Shown piece by piece: positions 45,213-54,178 of a DNA stretch of 64,000 nt. Under the pieces are notes generated by a model that saw nothing but the letters and a program-made list of their open reading frames with translations, did not search any database and was not told the origin of the DNA. The DNA lies in the IMG/VR virus record IMGVR_UViG_2795385584_000001, positions 21,334 through 85,333 of that record; one strand, given 5' to 3'. The translations under genes were made by a program, and so were the position numbers. How positions within the stretch are numbered: the first letter of the stretch is position 1; the number at the start of each line of letters is the position of its first letter. This DNA is from a virus. Taxonomy: Duplodnaviria; Heunggongvirae; Uroviricota; Caudoviricetes.

Positions 45213-46153
45213 CCGGCTGCCCTCTGCGCGTCTGTGGGGTGTGGGACGAGCTGTAGGGGTTTACGGCAGGTGCAGGGCAGGACGCCGGAACCGTCGTCGG
45301 CCTCGATCCAGCCGCCGCCCTGGCAGCGGGTGCATGCCTCGCGTCGGGCCAGGGCTGCTGCGCGGTCCGACTTCTGACGTTCGGCTGACTCCTGGGCGGC
45401 TGCCTCGGCTGCCAGTCGGGCTGTCATGCAGTCACGGCAATTTGGGGGATGCGGGTGGTTGATGTGCCTGGGGCAGCGGGTGGGCGCCTCCCCAACGTAA
45501 CCACCTACCCAAGGTGACCCCTTCCCCCTCCCCCTCCCCTTCCCCCTAGTGATCCCGATGCCATCGGAATGGCATTCCAATGGCACATCGGATTGCGATG
45601 GGTTTTCGATGGCATCGGGGTCGGTTTCGGATGGCATCTCGATGCCATCGAGGTCACTGTCTGGGGGCGTTGGGTCATCGTCCGGCCTCGGGTCTGTCGG
45701 GGTGCCGTCTGGACCCGGGCCAGAAGGGTCGATCTGGTTGGCGACCGTCACCGCATCGGCACGACGGGTGCGCCGCAACTCGGCCGCCAGCACGGCACGC
45801 AAGCTCGGGGATTCGACGGCCTGGGCGCATTTCAGAGCATTCGCGAACAGGTACTTGTGCTTGAGCACGCCGTCGTTGCGTATGTACGAGCGGACCAACA
45901 GTTCCTCGGTGTCCTCGTCGTAGGCCACATAGAGGTGCTCGGCGAGTTCGCTTGTAGCGCGGCGTACATCGGCGACGCTGGTCTGGTCGCAGCCCTTCGC
46001 CCACTTGCTCAGTTGCAGCGGCAGGACACCAGCATTGTTCACATTCGGCTGCGACAGCAGGAGCATGTACATGCGCTGCGCCTCCACCGAGCGCTGCTGA
46101 AAGTCTTTGTCCCGCCATATGATTGTCAGAATCCGACCATGATCGCGCGGCAC
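45209..46153 (-). CDS. hypothetical protein with internal Gly/Arg/Lys tract and C-terminal Cys cluster
   Basis: Contains GKGRGRGKG, encoded by a G-tract. Confidence 0.4.
   Translation of the reverse strand: MPRDHGRILTIIWRDKDFQQRSVEAQRMYMLLLSQPNVNNAGVLPLQLSKWAKGCDQTSVADVRRATSELAEHLYVAYDEDTEELLVRSYIRNDGVLKHKYLFANALKCAQAVESPSLRAVLAAELRRTRRADAVTVANQIDPSGPGPDGTPTDPRPDDDPTPPDSDLDGIEMPSETDPDAIENPSQSDVPLECHSDGIGITRGKGRGRGKGSPWVGGYVGEAPTRCPRHINHPHPPNCRDCMTARLAAEAAAQESAERQKSDRAAALARREACTRCQGGGWIEADDGSGVLPCTCRKPLQLVPHPTDAQRAAG
45481..45660 (-). repeat. G-quadruplex-prone G-tract plus GATGCCATC palindromic repeats inside a CDS
   Basis: Coding strand reads GGGGGAAGGGGAGGGGGAGGGGGAAGGGG; then at least 5 copies of cgatgccatcg-like palindromes. 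Confidence 0.6.
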
Positions 46154-46155
46154 AG

Positions 46156-46536
46156 CTACATCTCCTTCTCGTTGGCTAGTTCTAGTAGGACATCGGCGTG
46201 GCAGGGGGCGTCGAGTCGGCACCAGCAGCAGAGGTCGTGCCCTCGGAGAAGTGGCACCAGGTCCTCCACGCGTTTCATGGAGCCGAGGAGCCAGCGGCGA
46301 TACAGGCGCACTGCGTAGGCTGCCGCCCACTCGTGTGTCCCGGTGCCCCTGAAGAACGTCCCCGGCCCCTCGACGGTCCAGACACGTTCGCGACGGCGGC
46401 TGAATAGGCCGGGCTCCGTACCGGCACACACCACCCGGTACGGGTTACCCCAGCGAGATGGCCGGGCCACCACGATGGCCCCCTTCGGTTTGTGCCAGCC
46501 CGCAGTACGCCGCAACTGGATACGGATAGGCATCAA
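46156..46536 (-). CDS. DUF4326-like protein
   Basis: LRGHDLCCWC...CHADVL motif. Confidence 0.45.
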   Translation of the reverse strand: MMPIRIQLRRTAGWHKPKGAIVVARPSRWGNPYRVVCAGTEPGLFSRRRERVWTVEGPGTFFRGTGTHEWAAAYAVRLYRRWLLGSMKRVEDLVPLLRGHDLCCWCRLDAPCHADVLLELANEKEM

Positions 46537-47510
46537 ACCGCCTCCTCGCCGCTACGGCAGCCATACGGCGAGCACCCGTCTGGGTCGCCATCTTCGAATA
46601 GGTCCAGTTGCATGTCGGCGTACTCGGCGCGTGTCACGCGGTCAATTGGTGCCAGGTCCAACGGAACTCGCGAGCGGTGTAGGAATGCCTCACCGTCGAG
46701 CGGACTTGCCGAAGCGCCACCCTTGCGGATGTGCCGATCGAAGTCGACGGCGTCGGCCCACTGCGGTGCTCGGAACCGTGGGCACTCGCAACGATGTACG
46801 TCGGAGTAGTCGGCGTCCGGCGGTAGCCGGTATTCACACCAGCCATCGACGTTGTGTGCGTCGCGACGGTGTCCGCACTCGCACGTGTCGCGCAGCGCGC
46901 GCCAGGCGGCGTTTCCATGGAACGGGCATCCAATGCATGCACTCTTGGCGGTATGGCCCCATCCGGCGTGCTCTAGCCAGCGCTGGCAGTCCTTGCGAGA
47001 CATGCCCAGATCGAGCAGCGGGTAACGCGGCCGGGAGTAGTTCACGTCCAGGCGATCGCGCACGCGGTGGATCTCGTCAGTGCTGAATCCGATCCACTGC
47101 TCCGCGAACACATCACGCGGAACCGGTGTCGGGTGTGGGTAGCCCAGCAGTTCACGCGTCTTGACCTTGATCGGCTTGAGCTTGTACTCACTGGTGCACT
47201 GGCGCCGACCCATGCCCTCGCCGCCATCGACATTGCGGACGAACCACGGCACTGAGACGAACCGGTGATCAGGGTCTAGGGCGTCGGCCCGCAGATTCCC
47301 CGACGACACCCGGTACAGCGGAATATCAACGCGCGCAAGCTCGGCGCCGAGCCGGTCTACCTGTTCGTAGACTGCTAGCGGCTCCCAGCCGGTATCGGCG
47401 AACACCGCTGCGTCCAGACCGGGCAAGGTGCCGTCACACGCCATGAGCGCCAACACGGTCGACTGAACGCCAGCACCCAAAGACAGCACCCGGATAGCAG
47501 GCTCAGTCAT
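46533..47510 (-). CDS. PAPS reductase-like PP-loop protein
   Basis: VLSLGAGVQST PP-loop-like N-terminus; C-terminal Cys pairs. Confidence 0.65.
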   Translation of the reverse strand: MTEPAIRVLSLGAGVQSTVLALMACDGTLPGLDAAVFADTGWEPLAVYEQVDRLGAELARVDIPLYRVSSGNLRADALDPDHRFVSVPWFVRNVDGGEGMGRRQCTSEYKLKPIKVKTRELLGYPHPTPVPRDVFAEQWIGFSTDEIHRVRDRLDVNYSRPRYPLLDLGMSRKDCQRWLEHAGWGHTAKSACIGCPFHGNAAWRALRDTCECGHRRDAHNVDGWCEYRLPPDADYSDVHRCECPRFRAPQWADAVDFDRHIRKGGASASPLDGEAFLHRSRVPLDLAPIDRVTRAEYADMQLDLFEDGDPDGCSPYGCRSGEEAV

Positions 47511-48583
47511 AGGGTCATCTCTGGGTACTCGTCGAAGGTGCGGCCGTCGTGGTATAGCTCCCGGCCAGCTGCCTTCTTGCCGACTCGGTACATGGAGGTC
47601 GGGCGGTGATGCGGGAAGTCGGCACGGATCGCCTCGCCCCGCCGTGGGCCGTCAGGCCAGTCCAGATCGCCTGCCTCGTAGGTGTTTCCGTCGTCGGTCA
47701 TCGCGATGCTGTTCGAGAAGTCGAACCGGCCGTTTTTCAACGGCGCCATGGGTGTCCAGTCGCCCCACTGTTTGAAGAGGAAAGGGACACCGGCCGCGCC
47801 GCATTGACGGTGCAACTTCTCGGCCCACCACGGGTGCATCGGCCTGGCACCCGGCCCTGATTCGCCGCCGACGATCACCCAGTCGATGCCGCGGTCGAAT
47901 TCGTCGCGAGCCAGCAGCCCTGACGCGTCCGTATCAATCAATCCGAGTAGCGGCTCAGCACTGACGTATCGCACAGCAGCCGGGGTGTCCAACAACGCCG
48001 GGATACGGAGTTCCGCGTGCTTCTGGTCCTCAGCGCTCACACCCAGCCACACGTTCGGCAACACCTTGAACTGTCCACGCGCGAAGCCGTCTAGGGCCGC
48101 CATCACAGTGATGTCATCGACGCCATGCGGGTTCCCCTGCGCCAGCTTCGAGTTGAGCGCCTCGTACACCAGTCCTGGGAACCGTTCCGAACCGACCAAT
48201 GAGCGCATACGTCCGTGTCGCTTGGTGAGCACCTGGAACGTGTGCAGCGGCGCCAGCGCCATGACCGCCCAAACGCGGGCGATGTACTCGTCAGGGATCT
48301 TGGCGTGGAACAGGTCCGACATAGAGTTTACGAAAATGCGCCGCGGCCGGGTCCACCGGAGCGCTTGATCCAGCACCCCCGGGTGGACATTCACGCCGAA
48401 TCCTGGACCAGACGTTTTCAGGTCTCCGTCCAACTGGTAACGCGGAGATCCCATGGCCTTCAACCGCTTTGCCAAGTTCATGGCGTAGCAGTTGTCGCAT
48501 CCGGGCGAGACTTTGTCACACCCGGTTGTCGGATTCCAGGTGGCGTCCGTCCATTCGATGCCTGTCTTGTCTCCCATGCTCAT
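47507..48583 (-). CDS. phage Gp37/Gp68-family (DUF5131) protein
   Basis: N-terminus IEWTDATWNPTTGCDKVSPGCDNCYA is characteristic. Confidence 0.6.
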   Translation of the reverse strand: MSMGDKTGIEWTDATWNPTTGCDKVSPGCDNCYAMNLAKRLKAMGSPRYQLDGDLKTSGPGFGVNVHPGVLDQALRWTRPRRIFVNSMSDLFHAKIPDEYIARVWAVMALAPLHTFQVLTKRHGRMRSLVGSERFPGLVYEALNSKLAQGNPHGVDDITVMAALDGFARGQFKVLPNVWLGVSAEDQKHAELRIPALLDTPAAVRYVSAEPLLGLIDTDASGLLARDEFDRGIDWVIVGGESGPGARPMHPWWAEKLHRQCGAAGVPFLFKQWGDWTPMAPLKNGRFDFSNSIAMTDDGNTYEAGDLDWPDGPRRGEAIRADFPHHRPTSMYRVGKKAAGRELYHDGRTFDEYPEMTL

Positions 48584-48789
48584 GCCTCCTGGGGTAGATC
48601 AGCCCACGGCTGGTAGTGGTCGGGGCAGCGGATGCCGCCCTGACCGTCTAAGTCGATGGCAACCATGGCGGCCTTCCCGCAGTTGGGAATCTGGCAGTAG
48701 CCAAGGTGGGTGTCGCTGACGTTGAAGGTGATTCCACCGCCGGTGGTGTAGATGCCGGTGCGGATGTGGACTGTCTGGCTCACCGTCAT
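48580..48789 (-). CDS. small hypothetical protein
   Basis: 69 aa, coupled. Confidence 0.3.
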   Translation of the reverse strand: MTVSQTVHIRTGIYTTGGGITFNVSDTHLGYCQIPNCGKAAMVAIDLDGQGGIRCPDHYQPWADLPQEA

Positions 48790-49250
48790 TTCCCCTGGTC
48801 TGGTCGTACTTCGACGGATGGTGTGACGTCGTGGCCGGTGGCCTTGTGGTGGCCGTCGGTCCAGAGGTCACGGTCGTCTTCGGTGCCGAATGGGATCGGC
48901 TTCCCGTCGCACTGTTGGCAGGTTGCCAGGAAGTACACGGCGGGCCTGCCGGTGAATACCGTTGGAAGCAGAACCTTCTTGCCGATGGATGCCTCGGTGT
49001 CTCCGGCATCGCCTACCGCGAGGTAGCCGAGGCCGTCGTCGAAACGGGCGCCGGTCACGGTGTACTGCTCGTTGACGTGGGTGCGGTGGCCTTGTAACGA
49101 CTTGTGGCGTGCGGCAAACGCTTCCGCACGCTCCTTGCCGTCGTCTGTGCCTGGGAATTCCCACGTCTTGCCGTCGTCGGGGTTGTTGCCGTCGGCCGGG
49201 CAGTCGACGCAGACGGTTGCCCATTGACGTTGCGTGTCAATGATCTTCAT
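48786..49250 (-). CDS. hypothetical protein with Cys motifs
   Basis: Start MKIIDTQRQ. Confidence 0.35.
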   Translation of the reverse strand: MKIIDTQRQWATVCVDCPADGNNPDDGKTWEFPGTDDGKERAEAFAARHKSLQGHRTHVNEQYTVTGARFDDGLGYLAVGDAGDTEASIGKKVLLPTVFTGRPAVYFLATCQQCDGKPIPFGTEDDRDLWTDGHHKATGHDVTPSVEVRPDQGK

Positions 49251-50287
49251 CGGTCTGTGCCGCCAACTTTCTCGGCCCAGGCGACGGCGACAGCTGCGAC
49301 CTGGACGAGTTCCCGATGCAGCTTGTAGCGGAGAGCGAGGCGGGCATCGTCGGGCAGGTCTGTGGCCTGGTCCAGGAGTGTGGCGGACTCGATGGATTCC
49401 GCCAGTTCCTCGACGAGAATGTGGCCCCAGGTGGCCTGGCCGCGCTCGGCGGTCGTTTGGCACAGGAACTTGGCGCGGTTGGCGGTGGGGATCTCGTATT
49501 CCTCTGCCATCCGCTTGACCGTGCAGCCACCGACGCGTCCGGTGAGGACGGGGTCGACGTTGGGGTGATTCTGGTCGCCCCACTTCTCCTGCTGCGCATG
49601 ACGCTCGTACGCAATGAGCTGTAAGACGCGGCCAGTCACGGGCGACACGGTCGGGCTGGTGGCCGTCGTGAGGATAGGTCGCTTCGTGGCTGCTACCGCC
49701 TCGGGCTCACCGCACCCGGCCGCCCCGAACTCGTCCCATGGGATAAACCGGTCTACTTCGAAGACCTCACCGCGCCGGACGCGCATGCGGTCGATGGCGT
49801 TGTCGACGTTGGTTTCATCCGCGCGGTCCTTGCACCAGAACCCCCAAAGGCGTACCCGCCGCCCTGTCACGATGAGTGTCCAGCACGGGAGCTTGCGCTG
49901 ATCGCGGCGCGCGAGGAACTGGTTTGAGTGCGTCGCGGCCGGTACCAGCTCGACGCGGTGCCGCCATGTGCCTCGCCTGAATGCAAGCGGCCGGTCACCC
50001 CAGAAGAGGCGCCACGGCTCCGGGGCGGACCTGACGGACCGGCCCTCCTCTGTGACCTCCACGTACTGCCCCCACAGCATCAGGGAGACGAACCACCAGG
50101 GGTGGTCGTGCAGGGCGCGGTCATCGTCGTCGCGCAGGAACTTGTGGAGATAGATGTTAAGCCACCGATTGCGTGGAATCACATACCAGCGCAACAGATA
50201 TGGCGATTCACCGTCTGCGCCGATTGGTTGGTGCGGCTCCAGGCGCAACCACTTGCGTAGCCATCCTTTGTTGGTGGGCGAGGTCAT
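49247..50287 (-). CDS. two-domain protein, C-terminal MazG-like NTP pyrophosphohydrolase
   Basis: ERHAQQEKWGDQNHP ... HILVEELAESIESA helical-pair motif. Confidence 0.4.
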   Translation of the reverse strand: MTSPTNKGWLRKWLRLEPHQPIGADGESPYLLRWYVIPRNRWLNIYLHKFLRDDDDRALHDHPWWFVSLMLWGQYVEVTEEGRSVRSAPEPWRLFWGDRPLAFRRGTWRHRVELVPAATHSNQFLARRDQRKLPCWTLIVTGRRVRLWGFWCKDRADETNVDNAIDRMRVRRGEVFEVDRFIPWDEFGAAGCGEPEAVAATKRPILTTATSPTVSPVTGRVLQLIAYERHAQQEKWGDQNHPNVDPVLTGRVGGCTVKRMAEEYEIPTANRAKFLCQTTAERGQATWGHILVEELAESIESATLLDQATDLPDDARLALRYKLHRELVQVAAVAVAWAEKVGGTDR

Positions 50288-50628
50288 CGACGATCACCCG
50301 CTCCGGTCACGCGGAGACGGGCGGCGACGGTCGGGGCAACGCCGTCCCAGTTGTGCCAGGTGCGGGCGCAGGCTTGGCATATCCAGGCTTCAAACGGGCT
50401 GTGGCCCGTCTTGACTTTCAGGGACGCCTTGCAATACGCGCAGCGCAGTACGGTCTCGACATGCACGGGTTCTGGCGGGTCATCCGTACTGCCGGTTAGG
50501 CGTTGCACAAGCTTGTCGGTGTCGACGGTCTTGGAGGTGGCCTCGATCTGGTCGGCGATGCTTCGGACCATGCGGCCGGACAGGTCTAGGAGCGCGTTGA
50601 CGGCGCGTTCAATGTCGTTGGTGGTCAA
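50284..50628 (-). CDS. zinc-ribbon hypothetical protein
   Basis: CAYC...CQAC. Confidence 0.3.
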   Translation of the reverse strand: MTTNDIERAVNALLDLSGRMVRSIADQIEATSKTVDTDKLVQRLTGSTDDPPEPVHVETVLRCAYCKASLKVKTGHSPFEAWICQACARTWHNWDGVAPTVAARLRVTGAGDRR

Positions 50629-50921
50629 TGATTCTTTCCCTTGTGTCGGCGCTGGCGTCGGTTGCCAACCGGGTGTGCCAACGGGATCTCGTCGCGGCGG
50701 TGGGCGCGTTGTGGTTGTGGGCGTGGGATAGACCGGAAGGTGACCTTTGTCTGGTCGGCCTCGGGGTCGTAGACCGCGGCCACGGGCGCGTATAGGGCGC
50801 CGAACATGTCCGGCCCCCATCGCTGGTTGACGCTCATGACGTGGTCGGCGACGTCGCCCGGGTAGTTGAGGGTGTTCCGTTTGGCTGTGGGGAACATGTC
50901 GGCCTGCGTGAGTGTCGCCAT
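50625..50921 (-). CDS. hypothetical protein
   Basis: Start MATLTQADMF. Confidence 0.3.
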   Translation of the reverse strand: MATLTQADMFPTAKRNTLNYPGDVADHVMSVNQRWGPDMFGALYAPVAAVYDPEADQTKVTFRSIPRPQPQRAHRRDEIPLAHPVGNRRQRRHKGKNH

Positions 50922-51397
50922 CAGGGCTCCTTGGTGTTGTTTTCGCAGGCGTGGCATAGGGATGCTTTGACGCCCATGCGTGTACCGGTGATCGCGTTTG
51001 GATTGGCGCACTTGTCGCAGGCTGGCGGCTCAGCCCAGTGGTTGATGTCACCTTGGTAGAGGAACAGTTGCCGGTAAACGTCCGTACCGACGTTTGGCAC
51101 TTCTGCATCCCAATTGGTCTGCTGCTCCAGCCATTTAGCGAACTCGGCGGCCACGTCAGGGTCGACAGCGCGCGGTTCTCCCGGGCACTCGATGGGGTCT
51201 TCCTGGTAGAGCTTCACGACCTCCTTGCAGCTCGCGATGTGGGTTAGAGACCACACCGCGGGGTTGAGGAATTTCTCGCCCGTGTCGGTGTCGACCATGA
51301 TGGCCGGATGCATCGCGAAGTGGTCAGTCAGTTTGTCCGCGGTGACAGTCAGCCGGTCGTCCTTCTCTCCGACCAGTTCCAGCCGTACGAGTGTCAT
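50921..51397 (-). CDS. hypothetical protein with C-terminal zinc ribbon
   Basis: CDKC...CHAC. Confidence 0.35.
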   Translation of the reverse strand: MTLVRLELVGEKDDRLTVTADKLTDHFAMHPAIMVDTDTGEKFLNPAVWSLTHIASCKEVVKLYQEDPIECPGEPRAVDPDVAAEFAKWLEQQTNWDAEVPNVGTDVYRQLFLYQGDINHWAEPPACDKCANPNAITGTRMGVKASLCHACENNTKEP

Positions 51398-51672
51398 CCG
51401 TGCTCGCCCGGGTGAAGCGCGTCGACGACGGGGTGGATGATCTGGGAAGGGTCGAGGGTGATCGCGATTTCTGCTGTTATGGGCGAGAACTCGGCAGCGT
51501 CAACGGTGACCCCAACCTTGACGGTGATCTGGTCGCGCGCCAGCTTCGCCGGACGGTTGGCCCGGTACCCGGCGATGCGCAGGCCGTTGACGACCTTGAG
51601 TCCGTCGTCGCCTGTGCGGTAGCCGCGGGACGCCTCCAAGATCAGGTAGCCGGTGGCGGTGTGTGTGGTCAC
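51394..51672 (-). CDS. hypothetical protein
   Basis: GTG start VTTHTATGY. Confidence 0.3.
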   Translation of the reverse strand: MTTHTATGYLILEASRGYRTGDDGLKVVNGLRIAGYRANRPAKLARDQITVKVGVTVDAAEFSPITAEIAITLDPSQIIHPVVDALHPGEHG

Positions 51673-52070
51673 CCTGCCGCCGCCTTCTCCTTGGCGGCTT
51701 GCTCCGCGGCCTTGATGTTGACCGCGTTCTCGATGATTGGGTCCATGTACGTGTAGGCATCCCCGGGCAACACGCTTACCTTCACCGTTTCGCCGCGCAC
51801 CTTCTGGACTGCATTCGCCCAGCGCCGCAACTTGGCGACGTCGGCCAGCTGCTCCGACGAGGGACAGGTGTTGTCTAGCCAGGTGTGCTGGTCGCGGAGG
51901 AACTTGCCGCACACGTCCTTCGCCCGCGGTATCTGGTGCAAGAAGATGCGGTTGCCGGTCATGTGCGACAACAGGTCCTGCACCTGCACCACGGTGCAGA
52001 TGGCGCCTTCAGGGAGTCCGTTGGTGACGGCTAACACCGCCACCAACGGGAACCCCTTCCTCCTGCTCAC
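51669..52070 (-). CDS. hypothetical protein
   Basis: 133-aa ORF. Confidence 0.35.
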   Translation of the reverse strand: MSRRKGFPLVAVLAVTNGLPEGAICTVVQVQDLLSHMTGNRIFLHQIPRAKDVCGKFLRDQHTWLDNTCPSSEQLADVAKLRRWANAVQKVRGETVKVSVLPGDAYTYMDPIIENAVNIKAAEQAAKEKAAAG

Positions 52071-52891
52071 AGCTCGCGGATCGTGTCGGGCGCGGGACCG
52101 AACACGGACTTGATGACGGCCAGCTTCGCCACCTCGGCGTCGAACGCTGCGTCCTTGACGTCCCCGGCACGGTCCAGCTTGTAGCCGAGGAGCAAGCCGT
52201 CCTGTCCGATGCGGAACCGCAGGCGCGCGGTGAGGTCGTACACGTCGCCGCGCTCATAGACGGGGATACGGAGGGTGAAGTGCTCGGGCACCTCGATGTG
52301 TCCGCCCTTCCCGCCAGCGGTCGCGGTGGCCTCCTCCTTGTACTGGAACTGCACCTCGCCGGACTGGGTGCGGTGGCCGGACTGGAACTCGACCTTGCGT
52401 TTCGTCTGGAAGTTCTGCACAACCTCCATCAGGTCCGCTGCCGGTGGCGAGGTGATGGCCGCCAGGCCGTCCTCGATGTGCTCGGCGAACTGAATCTGGT
52501 TGAGCAGCTTGCCGTCAGCCGCCGCCCAGTGGTTCCACTCACGGGACAGCTGCAATGCCACCACGATGCGGTGGTCACGCCAGCCCTTGTCGTTCAGGAC
52601 CGCGGTGATGCGGCTCGGGCTGCGGTCGGCGTACGCGACGGCGTCGAGTTGCAGAGCGCCGTCGCTCAGCTTGTTGAAGCTGTCGACGTCCAGCACGGTG
52701 GTGGTGCCGCGGTCGCGGCGTGGGTTCGGCAGGAACCGCTCCAACGAGTCGAACTCGCGGTGTTCGTCTTCGTTTGTGACGTACGACAGGATGTGCGCGG
52801 TGTCGGGCACTACCTGCTCGGTGCGGTGCCGCTCCGCCGCGTTGGTGAGTTCGGCGACAGCGTCTGCCTCGGTGCGGATTTCGTCGGTCAT
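52067..52891 (-). CDS. hypothetical protein (274 aa)
   Basis: ORF with good coding periodicity. Confidence 0.4.
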   Translation of the reverse strand: MTDEIRTEADAVAELTNAAERHRTEQVVPDTAHILSYVTNEDEHREFDSLERFLPNPRRDRGTTTVLDVDSFNKLSDGALQLDAVAYADRSPSRITAVLNDKGWRDHRIVVALQLSREWNHWAAADGKLLNQIQFAEHIEDGLAAITSPPAADLMEVVQNFQTKRKVEFQSGHRTQSGEVQFQYKEEATATAGGKGGHIEVPEHFTLRIPVYERGDVYDLTARLRFRIGQDGLLLGYKLDRAGDVKDAAFDAEVAKLAVIKSVFGPAPDTIREL

Positions 52892-52894
52892 GGG

Positions 52895-53260
52895 TCAGGC
52901 TTCCTTTCGGATGTTCGTGGTGCTCTCGGCGACCGCTTTCATGGACTCGAATTGGAGTTGCGCCGGGTCGGTGCGGGTGACGTTGCCCTCGCGGTCGACG
53001 AACCAGAGGGATACCTGGCGGTCGGCCTGTGGCGCCTTGACGGTCACGTCGTCTTTGATGACCAACATCGAGGTGTTGGCTTGCTCAGAAACGCTGAGCT
53101 TCAACGTGAGTGACCCGGCCTTCCCGGTCGCGCGGACGGCGGCAACAACTTCCTTGAGGCCGTCGGACAGCTCGTCGTGCACGCGGCCCTTCTGGAGTTC
53201 CCGCAGGAAGTCGGCGAACGGGCGTACCCGGTCCTCTTCCTCGGGGGCTGGAGTGGTCAT
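52895..53260 (-). CDS. hypothetical protein
   Basis: Start MTTPAPEEED. Confidence 0.35.
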   Translation of the reverse strand: MTTPAPEEEDRVRPFADFLRELQKGRVHDELSDGLKEVVAAVRATGKAGSLTLKLSVSEQANTSMLVIKDDVTVKAPQADRQVSLWFVDREGNVTRTDPAQLQFESMKAVAESTTNIRKEA

Positions 53261-53286
53261 ATGGGCGGTGTTCCTTTCGTGGGGTG

Positions 53287-54169
53287 TTACTTGATGGGTG
53301 CGGGGATGGTGGCGAGTGCGCCGGTGCCGGGCCAGCAGCCCCACGGCGACATGCTCTTGTCCAGTGCCTTGGTGATGCAGTTCTGCACAATCACGTTGGG
53401 GTCGTTGGACACTGACGAGGAGAGGATGCGGTTGGCTTCGGCCTGTTCGGTGGCCGTCTTCTTCGCCTGCTCGGCCTTCGCGGTGTTCGCGCGCTCGGCG
53501 TTCAGCTCGTTGATACGGGCCTCGGTGCCGTCGTCGTAGTCGATGGTGGGGACGGCGACGTCCAGGATGTCGACCTGGTCTCCTACCAAAGCGCGCAGCT
53601 TCTCGGACGCGTCCTTGGCGAAGGTCTCCAGCGGTAACCCGTTGGCCCACTTGGTCGCCAATGGGTCGAGCTTGGAGAACACGTCGTTGAGTGAGACCTG
53701 GAGGTTGCGGGTGATCAGGTTGGTACGGACGTTGTCGAATGACCGGTATTGCACGTACAGCTCGTCGGCGGCGTCCTGCTTGATCTGCCAGCGCACGGAT
53801 ACGTCAGCGTCGGCGGTGGACGAGTTACCCAGCCGGACCTTGATGCGGCCGTTACCCTCGTACTTGTCGATCTGGACCGCTGCGTCCATCTCGTCGACCG
53901 TCGCCCACGGCTTCTTCCAGTGCAGACCGTTGGACAGGGTGTCGCCGGACGGCTTGCCGAATACCGTCTCGATGCCGACCTTGCGGGTACCAACGACCGT
54001 GAAGGAGCCGATCACGAGGACGAGAACGGCGATAGCCAAGGCGATACCGCCCATGAACAGTGTCACGACGGGGCCATCAGCACGCCGGTTGAATCGGCGG
54101 CCGACAAGCCCGCCCAGTAGTAGCAGTACTGCAATGCTGCCGAAGATCAGAAATGTTACGAATTCCCAT
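53287..54169 (-). CDS. SPFH/band-7 domain membrane protein
   Basis: N-terminal TM FLIFGSIAVLLLLGGLV plus second TM; SPFH-like core; C-terminal coiled-coil AEQAKKTATEQAEANRIL. Confidence 0.55.
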
Positions 54170-54178
54170 GACATTTGG

